DNA from: Lachnospiraceae bacterium
Lineage (GTDB): Bacteria > Bacillota > Clostridia > Lachnospirales > Lachnospiraceae
Reading direction: 5' to 3'
Length of the DNA stretch: 24,000 nt
Assembly (NCBI GenBank): GCA_045596385.1
Contig: JAZOCC010000013.1
Coordinates: 18,818-42,817 of the forward strand
A program made the translations under genes and the position numbers. Positions within the stretch are counted from its first letter, which is position 1, and each line of letters opens with the position of its first letter. This document shows, in pieces, positions 9,062 to 17,100 of the stretch. The notes under the pieces are model-generated. The model did no database searches. It saw nothing but the letters and a program-made list of their open reading frames with translations, and was not told the DNA's origin.

Positions 9062-10012
9062 CTACCTCATCTGCGACGGCTGAGCCACCTGGACAATCTT
9101 TGCCTCCTGCAGATTGCGGAGTAACTGCAGGCGCACCTGGCCCTGATACTCCGGCTTAATCATGTAGTGACAGTAGGCCTCCAATACCACGAAAAAGTCA
9201 TCGGTACGGCCTTCGATTTTGAAATTATTGAAGCCCATCGGCACGTACTTTTCCCAAATATCCTCCGGAGAAACGTAGGTGCAGAAATCCTTGATGGTAT
9301 GTACGTTTTGATGCGCACCGGCACAGAACTTACACTCCCACGGCTTTAACTCCACCTGCTGTTCCGGTGGCAGCGTCATATTCTTTACCATATTCTTCTG
9401 GTTCTCGGAAATGTGGCGATAGTGGGCGCCGCGTCTTGCGCAATTCGGCTCGCAGGCCGCGTTAATCAAAATCTCACATCTGGCCTTATCCGTAATCTTT
9501 TCCAGCTCCTCGAATTGATTGTTCATGTTATAATCCAGCACCACCAAATCGTAGCCCTTTGCCAGCTCGGTATTGACGCCCTCCGCGCCCTTAATCTGCT
9601 TACAGGTGGAGCTGGTAATCTTCATATTCGGGTAATTCTTACGCACATACTCCTCCAACAACGGAGACACCAAAATCACGCCGTTCATGCCGTTGTGGGC
9701 CACCTTCAGACAGAAATTACAATACGGGTCCTGCAAATCGGTCTCGTCCAGCAGCATATTCGTATAAGTAAAACGTACCGGAATGCCCCAGCTGTTCAAC
9801 GACTGCACCACACCGTTGATATAATCCGGGCTGCACTGGTCGCCCCTTGAATTCCGACCGCCGTTCCAAAGAGAGGTCGGAAACTCACCAAAGCAGGAGG
9901 CAATCTTCACACCCTCTCTGAAAAACTCCGGATGCCCTTTTAACATACCTAAAAACAACACATTTAACGGATAATTTCTGCGCAACCCCGGCAGATGAAA
10001 TTTAACTTCCAT
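9062..10012 (-). CDS. Uncharacterised Cys-rich cytoplasmic protein (316 aa); possibly a distant U32-peptidase-like TIM-barrel fold
   Basis: The start was moved to ATG 10012, which has a strong SD (GAGGAGGATTTTATG). The track start at 10111 is the TTG inside the -35 box of the predicted promoter. The block order (VRFTYTN, NGVILVSP...ITSSTC, CEILINAACEPNCARRGAHY) loosely parallels U32 proteins. The functional call is weak. Confidence 0.65.
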   Translation of the reverse strand: MEVKFHLPGLRRNYPLNVLFLGMLKGHPEFFREGVKIASCFGEFPTSLWNGGRNSRGDQCSPDYINGVVQSLNSWGIPVRFTYTNMLLDETDLQDPYCNFCLKVAHNGMNGVILVSPLLEEYVRKNYPNMKITSSTCKQIKGAEGVNTELAKGYDLVVLDYNMNNQFEELEKITDKARCEILINAACEPNCARRGAHYRHISENQKNMVKNMTLPPEQQVELKPWECKFCAGAHQNVHTIKDFCTYVSPEDIWEKYVPMGFNNFKIEGRTDDFFVVLEAYCHYMIKPEYQGQVRLQLLRNLQEAKIVQVAQPSQMR

Positions 10013-10082
10013 AAAATCCTCCTCAAATCTATGATATGGTGCCTTCCGCACACCCACTTTTTTCGCTAATCTCGCATCTTTT

Positions 10083-10111
10083 ATCATACACTTTTTTTGG
10101 CACGATGTCAA
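10083..10111 (-). promoter_or_regulatory. Strong sigma-A type promoter for the 316-aa gene / LMW-PTP (and probably the MoxR operon)
   Basis: On the minus strand: TTGACA (10111..10106), a 17-nt spacer, then TATGAT (10088..10083), about 70 nt upstream of ATG 10012. Confidence 0.55.
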
Positions 10112-10164
10112 TAAAAGTACACGCTCTCACCATTTACGTACATGCTCACTTTGCCTGCACGGAA

Positions 10165-10192
10165 ACAGCCGCCACATTACTGTGACGGCTGT
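10165..10192 (-). terminator. Stem-loop downstream of the esterase gene (weak intrinsic terminator)
   Basis: The minus-strand RNA is ACAGCCGUCAC-aguaau-GUGGCGGCUGU, an 11-bp stem with one G-U pair. It is followed only by UU, so the U-tract is poor. Confidence 0.35.
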
Positions 10193-10236
10193 CCTTCGGC
10201 CCCTCCCGGCCTTTATCGTTATTCTCCTCGGAATAC

Positions 10237-11832
10237 CTATCTTGTGAACCGGGAAATAAACTTCCAAGCGTTCTCGTTGGTATGATGTCTGCACTCATGT
10301 ACCTGCTCGCTGACGCTGGCAAATGCGGTACGGCATACGCCGTCCTCACTGTCAAAGTAATGGATGGTCAGGTCGCTGCCGCGGGAATCGTCATGAACCA
10401 CCTCTACACGGTCACCCTCGATGCCCCAAATCGGCTGTGCCCAGTTGTCCTTATCCGCATAGGATACATCAAACTTCTTCTTTACCTTATTGGTCTCTGC
10501 GCAGTACTGGATGCGCTCCAGTCCGGACTCTGCCTGGAACGGAAGCTCCGGCAAATGGGACTTCTCGCCGCCGGAATAGAAAATCGGCACCGGCACATCG
10601 GTATTAAATCTTCCGCTGTTGGACTGTGCCATCGGGTTGTTCTTTACCGGGAACAGTGCACTGGCCGGAGCCAGGCCCGCAAATGCCTCCGGGTACTCCT
10701 GGTACATATTCCAGGTCTTGCCGCTACCCATGGAGAAGCCTGTTGCGTAGATACGCTTCTCGTCAATATTGTACTTCTTCTTCAGGTCCTCAATCACTTC
10801 CATGACCTCGGTAGCGGTTACGTTCTGGTGATTCTCTAAAGATACGAACAGGAAGCCGTATCTGTGGGCAATCTCATACCAGCCTGCCACAAAGGTTAAG
10901 TACATGGAAGTGTCTCCACCACCGTGGAAGCCCATCATCAGCGGTGCCGGACCCTTGTCGAACAAATCATTGTTGTAATATGCAAAATAGCCTACCGGAT
11001 GGGTCTCAGTGCCCTTAAACTGGCCCATATTGTCCGGAGAGGTCTTAACCACCACGCAGCCTGCCTCCTCGGTCATATTCATAGCCGGGAAATCCGGTTC
11101 GATTTCCATCTTACCGCACCACATCTTAAACTTACGTACAAATGCCGCAAAATCCGCCTTATAGTCAGCCTCGGCCTTAATGAGCAGATTCTCGCAGTTT
11201 GCAAATGCGGCATTGACCTCGTCGGAATTACCTACACTAAGAATACCGATATCGGTACGCTCCACCTGCGGCACCACACTGAGCTTTTCCATGGAACACA
11301 TGGCCGGAGTAATCTCACCCGGTCCCCACAAATACTCACCGTTTAAGGTCTTCAGCAAATTCTTTGCCACGAAGTCTGCAGACGCACCGTAGCTGTAAAT
11401 ATCCGCTCTGAAAATCGCACCGCGGATAAAGAAGCCCTTGAACTCTCTCTTAAAGAAATCATGCTGTTCTACGATACCGTCCTCGTAACGCGGATCCATC
11501 TTCACCTCCGCAATCAAAGAGGAATACAACTCCTCCGTCGCATTGGCCCAACCGCCCTCACAGGTCGGATACACGAAAAGCACGCTACTGTCCACCGCAG
11601 ACGCAATATCCGCCAGACCGCTCTTCTTTGCAAAGGCAATGGCATCCTCCATGCTCTGTCTGTTCTCCTCGAAAACGAGAAGAAGCGGCGCACGGAAGGT
11701 GTAGTTATTCACCTGACCGTCAATCTCCGTTGCCGGCAAATACGCCTTCAAAAAAAACTTCTCATAGGTGTGCTCCCAATACTTTCCACCGTCGGCCATC
11801 TTCGTCACCAACGGACGCTCCATAATACCCAT
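10237..11832 (-). CDS. Alpha/beta-hydrolase esterase (PHB-depolymerase/LpqC-type C-terminal domain) with an uncharacterised ~270-aa N-terminal domain
   Basis: The nucleophile elbow is IYATGFSMGSGKTW (GxSxG), and HGGGDTS is oxyanion-region-like. There is no signal peptide. Strong SD AGGAGGAAGGTTTTATG precedes ATG 11832. Confidence 0.85.
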   Translation of the reverse strand: MGIMERPLVTKMADGGKYWEHTYEKFFLKAYLPATEIDGQVNNYTFRAPLLLVFEENRQSMEDAIAFAKKSGLADIASAVDSSVLFVYPTCEGGWANATEELYSSLIAEVKMDPRYEDGIVEQHDFFKREFKGFFIRGAIFRADIYSYGASADFVAKNLLKTLNGEYLWGPGEITPAMCSMEKLSVVPQVERTDIGILSVGNSDEVNAAFANCENLLIKAEADYKADFAAFVRKFKMWCGKMEIEPDFPAMNMTEEAGCVVVKTSPDNMGQFKGTETHPVGYFAYYNNDLFDKGPAPLMMGFHGGGDTSMYLTFVAGWYEIAHRYGFLFVSLENHQNVTATEVMEVIEDLKKKYNIDEKRIYATGFSMGSGKTWNMYQEYPEAFAGLAPASALFPVKNNPMAQSNSGRFNTDVPVPIFYSGGEKSHLPELPFQAESGLERIQYCAETNKVKKKFDVSYADKDNWAQPIWGIEGDRVEVVHDDSRGSDLTIHYFDSEDGVCRTAFASVSEQVHECRHHTNENAWKFISRFTR

Positions 11833-11902
11833 AAAACCTTCCTCCTAATTGTTCTGAAACTTTACTTGGCAATGCGTATATCCGCAAATGCCTCCGAGGG
11901 AT

Positions 11903-11931
11903 ATTTTACCACAAAATGCGAGCGGATTCAA
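11903..11931 (-). promoter_or_regulatory. Extended -10 promoter for the esterase gene
   Basis: On the minus strand: TTGAAT (11931..11926), a 17-nt spacer ending in TGG, then TAAAAT (11908..11903). Confidence 0.5.
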
Positions 11932-12045
11932 TCACTAATTTGAAATCTAATTTAAGATTTATTTTAATATTTTGCCCTTTTTCACTTTAGGCATTTTTCA
12001 CAAAAAAAGCGGAAAATTTCAGTAGTTTCGACGAAGGGATTTTTC

Positions 12046-12075
12046 TTGCCTGACGGGCGATGGTTGAGGTATAAT
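12046..12075 (+). promoter_or_regulatory. Candidate distal promoter (P1) upstream of the Rpn-like gene
   Basis: TTGCCT (12046..12051), an 18-nt spacer, then TATAAT (12070..12075). It would give a ~210-nt structured leader. Confidence 0.35.
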
Positions 12076-12179
12076 AGTTTTATGACAGAGAACTGCCCTT
12101 CCGACACAGCGCGCGTGTCGAGGCATACATTCACTCTGTTTCTTCGGCGGAGATCTGCCGGGAGATTCACATTTATAGC

Positions 12180-12266
12180 GCAGAAGGAAGAAACCTATAC
12201 GTTTGCCTTGCATTTTCCGTCCAATGCCCCTATAATAAAGGCAAAGGAATGTGTGCTTCTTTCTGC
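12180..12266. repeat. Nested inverted repeat enclosing promoter P2
   Basis: The outer arms are GCAGAAGGAAG (12180..12190) and CTTCTTTCTGC (12256..12266): 11 bp with one G-T position. The inner arms are TTTGCCTT (12202..12209) and AAGGCAAA (12238..12245), 8 bp and perfect. Confidence 0.6.
12208..12236 (+). promoter_or_regulatory. Candidate proximal promoter (P2) of the Rpn-like gene
   Basis: TTGCAT (12208..12213), a 17-nt spacer, then TATAAT (12231..12236), about 55 nt upstream of ATG 12291. Confidence 0.5.
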
Positions 12267-12290
12267 AACACCAAAGGGAAAGGAGTAAAT

Positions 12291-13280
12291 ATGACAGAAA
12301 ACACATACATTTCCGATGCATTAGAAGGAAATAACAGCAAAGACCGTTTAGATACGGAAGTCAAGAAAGTACTAAGCGATAAAACGGTATTAGCTTGGAT
12401 TTTAAAGTACACCACTGCCGAGTTTAAGCGATACTCTATCGAAAGGATAAAAACGTGTATCGAAGGCACTCCGGAAGTAGGCACTCATCCATTGAATCCA
12501 AAGTCCAAACACACCGGGAAATCTCAAAAAAGCAGTAAGCATGGTCAGTCTCCGGAGGCCATCACCGGAAGCGATACCGTAGATAAAGTACCGGGCGAAG
12601 GACATGTATACTATGACATTCGCTTTTACGCGGTTACGCCTACCAAGGATCGCATCAAGCTGATACTGAATGTAGAGGCACAAAAGGCTCTCTCATTAAA
12701 GTATGACCTTGTTACAAGGGGGATTTTTTACGCTGCACGCATGATTTCTGCCCAAAAGGGTACGGAATTTACAAAAAGCAATTATGATGATATAAAGAAA
12801 GTATATTCTATCTGGATTTGCATAGAAGTTCCCAGAAACATGGAATATACCATAACATCCTATCGGATGGACAAGAAAGTCCTTTTCGGCAATCCCAGGA
12901 GACGCTTCCGCTATGACTTGATGGAAGTTGTTATGATATGTCTCGGTAGAGAAGAAACGGCTAACACCGGAACTAAACTACACGGTATGTTAAGTACCTT
13001 GCTTTCACGAAAGCTGACACCCAAAGAAAAAGAAAAATGTTTAGCTGCAGAATATGATTTTGAAACATCAACAGAACTGGAAGGAGAATTGAGACAGATG
13101 TGTAATTATAGCGATTTGATAGAAGAAAGAGGCATTGAAAAAGGTATCAAACAAGGCATTGAAAAAGGCAAACTGACCATCCTGATTGCCCTGGTTCAAG
13201 ACGGCCTGATTTCTATAGAGGAGGCCGCAAAGCGGGCCGGTATGACCGTTGAAGACCTGCAGGCTCTTATGGCAAATTAA
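12291..13280 (+). CDS. Rpn-family / PD-(D/E)XK nuclease 'putative transposase' (TIGR01784/PDDEXK_2-like)
   Basis: The start was moved to ATG 12291, with SD AGGAG at 12281. The core YYDIRFYAV...ILNVEAQK...RGIFYAARMIS...VYSIWICIE fits the D..E.QK nuclease pattern of this family. The C-terminal IEKGIKQGIEKGK...EEAAKRAGMTVEDLQALM tail is typical of it. Confidence 0.75.
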   Translation: MTENTYISDALEGNNSKDRLDTEVKKVLSDKTVLAWILKYTTAEFKRYSIERIKTCIEGTPEVGTHPLNPKSKHTGKSQKSSKHGQSPEAITGSDTVDKVPGEGHVYYDIRFYAVTPTKDRIKLILNVEAQKALSLKYDLVTRGIFYAARMISAQKGTEFTKSNYDDIKKVYSIWICIEVPRNMEYTITSYRMDKKVLFGNPRRRFRYDLMEVVMICLGREETANTGTKLHGMLSTLLSRKLTPKEKEKCLAAEYDFETSTELEGELRQMCNYSDLIEERGIEKGIKQGIEKGKLTILIALVQDGLISIEEAAKRAGMTVEDLQALMAN

Positions 13281-13333
13281 AGACGCCAAAATCTCCCGTC
13301 GAAAGGCACTCTTGGCAACCAAATAAAAACCAC

Positions 13334-13390
13334 AAGCTCTTGTCGCCGGAAGCATCACCCGCACCCGACGACAAGAGCTTTTTTATTTTC
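13334..13390. terminator. Bidirectional rho-independent terminator between the convergent Rpn-like gene and the R-M operon
   Basis: The arms are AAGCTCTTGTCG (13334..13345) and CGACAAGAGCTT (13369..13380), extendable to 16 bp with one mismatch. TTTTTTATTTT follows on the plus strand and GTGGTTTTTATTT follows on the minus strand. Confidence 0.7.
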
Positions 13391-13451
13391 TTGATTCTTT
13401 CTTAATCCTTAAGTCAGTGACTTGTACCGTTTGAGGATCGTGCCTTTGCAT

Positions 13452-13478
13452 CCTCCGCGATTGCAGCAATTGCGGAGG
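13452..13478. repeat. 27-bp near-perfect palindrome in the core/island transition
   Basis: CCTCCGCGATTGC-A-GCAATTGCGGAGG has one non-Watson-Crick position. There is no adjacent U-tract on either strand. Confidence 0.6.
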
Positions 13479-13603
13479 CCCCAGGGTAGGAAGTAACGAT
13501 GAAACGTGGAATCTGTTTGTCATAGATTTCTCTTTTTGCTTTTTTTAACCAAATTCCTGACATAATACAAATAATTATTCAGTCCAAAAACAGCAAAACA
13601 CTT

Positions 13604-14149
13604 TTATTTCAAATCAAATTTGTATGATTGCTTACCAATTTGTATGTTCCCATTCTTCAAATTGGTATTAAGATACTCTAACGCATACGGTTGAAGATTA
13701 TACGCAAACGTGGTGAAATAACTACTTATAGAAGATGCTCTATATATTATATATCTACTCTCAAGTGCCGCTTTTCTTCCATCATTTATCTCTATTCCAC
13801 CAGTAGTATGAAAACATTCATTGTTTTCATCATAAAAAGCCTCTATTAAAAGTTGCTTTTCATCTGAACTCATATTATCTTTCATATATTTTAATGCAAT
13901 TCTTTTTTCATTGTAAATCCTTCTTTTCAAACATCTTATTAGCCACTCAACTATTCGGAACAAATAATATGAACCAAGAATTATCATTCCAATGCTGATA
14001 TACGTTTGATATGAATTTCTAAATTCATACACATTAATTTTTACTGCCCACTTTTCAGGAAGCAAAGTAAGAACTAAAGAAGCAATAAATACAATTGCCA
14101 AAAGTTCTTTTAGCTTAAGCTTATCAACGATAGACTTCAAAATATCCAA
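13604..14149 (-). CDS. SieB-like (superinfection exclusion protein B family, PF14163-like) small membrane protein
   Basis: 181 aa with a TTG start at 14149, 6 nt after a strong SD (GAGGAGGAGAATAAGTTG) and 14 nt after the hsdR stop. It has two N-terminal TM helices (LLAIVFIASLVLTLL, ISIGMIILGSYYLFRIV). The soluble C-domain carries MSSDEKQLLIEAFYDENN...NDGRKAALESRYIIY...LQPYALEYL, which matches my recollection of the SieB family pattern. Confidence 0.6.
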   Translation of the reverse strand: MDILKSIVDKLKLKELLAIVFIASLVLTLLPEKWAVKINVYEFRNSYQTYISIGMIILGSYYLFRIVEWLIRCLKRRIYNEKRIALKYMKDNMSSDEKQLLIEAFYDENNECFHTTGGIEINDGRKAALESRYIIYRASSISSYFTTFAYNLQPYALEYLNTNLKNGNIQIGKQSYKFDLK

Positions 14150-14163
14150 CTTATTCTCCTCCT

Positions 14164-17100
14164 CTACGCAATCTCCTCAGAATTACGCTTTATCTCTGCC
14201 ACTACTTCCATGATACGTTTGGCAGTTCCCATATCATCTTTAAACAGTGTTGTTATACTGCCTACAGAGCGGAACGGTTCCTCCATCAACACCTTATTAT
14301 CGTCAATATTGCCGTTTGCAACAATATAATCAACGATAAGATTTACAAAACGAATCTGATTTACATTCAGTCTCTGTTCTGCCAGGAACTCACTGAATGC
14401 CTCATTTACCGCTGCCCTGTCTACACCGACAATTCTACGGACCAAGCGACCGATTGGAGTGTCTCCGTATTCCTTCTCGTAATCAGATTTTGTACCCAAA
14501 TCTTGCCACAATATCTTTTCAAGAGCCTTCAAATCCGCCGCAGTCAGTTTCTTATTATTTCGAAGTTTATACACACACAGACTGCTACCATGTTCCTTCA
14601 AATAAAACTCAACCTTCTTCCGATAATCCTTAAGGTCGCTGGAATCATAAATCGGCGCTCCCTCTTTCATATCGATAATGGTATCTGTAAAGTTTTTATA
14701 ATAAATCGGACGTACTAACTTATCCAAATACTGCAACAAATCACGTAATGCAATTCTTACCGTATCCAGTTCCATAATCGTTACATCTTCCCAGAATTCC
14801 GGCAACTGTACACGCTCTATAATTTCTCTCTGTTTCTCGACCTGTGGAATCGAATACTTTGCGGACAATCGTTCTGCCGTAAAAATAACAATATTAATCG
14901 GCGTCTGTACATTCTTACTTTGCAATAGTCCTAGTTTGATGCTGTACATAAGATAGTCAAATCTTCTGGCGAGTTCATCTTCCTTTTTCGGCTTAATCAA
15001 CGGAGATACATGTTCTTTTATCTCAGAAACCTCAACGGTTTCAAGACTGTTCCAGTTGGACAATTCGCGGAACTTTTCCACATATCTTAAGTGCCTTTTT
15101 ACCATGAAACTGTTATTATCCAGTTCAACTACCGCTTTATGTTGACCAGACACCAATTCCATTCTATAGGTAATATACGGCTTATCTTTCGCATATACAG
15201 GTGCCTGTAACTCCCTGCAGATCAACGTCTTCGTGTTATAAATCTTCTCACAAAGAGTCTCCTGAATTCCGGTTTCACTCCCGTTAGTATTCACTCTGAA
15301 ATACTCAAAGTTATTACAGAAGTCAAATATCAGGAAACGCTCCTTATCGATCCCGGCTCCCAATAAATCAGGACAAAGTCTGGTTCCTCGTCCGATCATC
15401 TGCCAAAACTTTGCATAACTGCGCACCTTTTTAAAGAACACCAGATTCAAAATCTCCGGTATATCGATACCGGTATCCAACATATCTACCGACACAGCAA
15501 TCTGCGGCATTTTCTCTTTCGTGCTAAAATCGTCAATTAAAGTATCACAATATTTTATACTATAATCAATCTGCTTAATAAAGTCTCCACCACATTCCGG
15601 GAAGAGTACATTAAAGCGTTTCACAATCTCTTTGGCATGCAAACTATTCTTCGCAAAAATAATCGTTTTGCCAAGCTTGTCTCCACCTTCAATCTTCAAA
15701 CCTTTTTCCATTAATTCTTTCAAAACTTTATCAATCGTGTCTTGATTAAATAGCCACGTATTAATCGCAGAACTGGAAATATCCTCATCCACCATATCAT
15801 CGTCGGCAAAAGTCTCTTCAAACTCTTCCTTCTCTTCCTCAGACAACTCATCATAGTGAATGCCATCTTCCATAATCTTTGTCTTATATTCCAGCGTAGA
15901 ATAATTTACAAGATACCCCTCTTCTACGGCCTTTTCCAGCTCATAAGCAAAAGTCGGAACACCACGTTCCAGGTCAAACACACCGTAAGTATTCTTGTCA
16001 ATTTCATTCTTTGGAGTCGCGGTCATTCCCAACAACATAGCATCAAAATACTCGAAGATTTCCTGATACTTCCGATAAATCGAACGATGAACTTCATCAC
16101 AGATGATAAGGTCAAAATGTCCCGGAGAAAACAATCTTTCTCCATACTTATTCTTCTTTTCATCGATTGCATTCATCATGGTCGGATAGGTTGAAAAAAT
16201 CATTCTCGAACTTTCCGGGTCATCCTTACTGTCACATAAATTACAGCAAGATAAATCTTCTAACAAGCTTGTATAACTGTTCTTCGCCTGTTTTACAAGT
16301 GCAGTTCTATCCGCCAAAAACAGAATGTTCTTTACATAGTTGTGCCGTCTTAATACGTCCACAATGCTGATACTAACTCTGGTCTTACCGGAACCGGTTG
16401 CTTGAACAATCAGCATCTTTCTATGTTTCTTCGCAATCGCATCACACACCGCCGTTATTGCCTCTTTCTGATACGGTCTGTTAGTGATTATATCGCTGAT
16501 TTCAATACGGTCCAAAGGAATCCGCTGTTCTCTTCGGTCTACTTCTAACTGTAACTCTTCCTGCGTAAAGAAGCCAGACACTTGTCTTCTCGGGTAGCCG
16601 CAAGCATCATTCGTATAATAAAACTCAAAACCGTTAGTGGTAAAAATAAGCGGTCTACGCCCATACTTATTTTGCAAACAATCTGCGTACAACTTCGCCT
16701 GCTGACTACCTACAATCGCATCTACAGACGCCTTTTTCGCTTCCACCACAGCCAAAGGCAAATTATCTTTGCCCCATAAAACATAATCCACATATCCCGT
16801 ACCGGTAGGATTCGGCATACCGGTAACCGGCTCCTCAATGGTACAATTTCTCCCTATGACCCAACCGGCTTCCTGCAACTCCACATCAATATATCTTGCG
16901 CGAGTCTCTGCCTCGCTCATCGTATCCACATGGAATTCTCGTGTCTGCGTATGTACCTTACGTTCTTCCGCCATCTGCTTACGCAGTTCTTCATTCTCCT
17001 TAAGAATCTGTTCCAGTTTCACATCTTTACTGCTTAAACTATCATACAGCTTTTTAAGCTCCTCTGCTTTTACACGTTTCTCATCACCGGATACAAGAAG

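Noticed and set aside
10013-10111. N-terminal extension of the 316-aa ORF (track start 10111)
   Set aside because: The start at 10111 is a TTG that is itself the -35 hexamer (TTGACA) of the predicted promoter. ATG 10012 has a GAGGAGG SD.
12046-12288. 80-aa plus-strand ORF upstream of the Rpn-like gene, and minus-strand ORFs 11982..12170, 12019..12321 and 12230..12484
   Set aside because: None has an SD. Their composition is arbitrary (R/C/L-rich), they overlap each other and the promoter elements, and they lie in an intergenic regulatory region. The only point of interest is the MTEN..SD echo, noted in the findings.
13383-13523. 46-aa minus-strand ORF (MTNRFHVSSLLPTLGPPQLLQSRRMQRHD...) in the island/core gap
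   Set aside because: It has a poor SD and runs straight through the 27-bp palindrome and into the bidirectional terminator. No motif was recognised. It may be a gene remnant, but that is unsupported.
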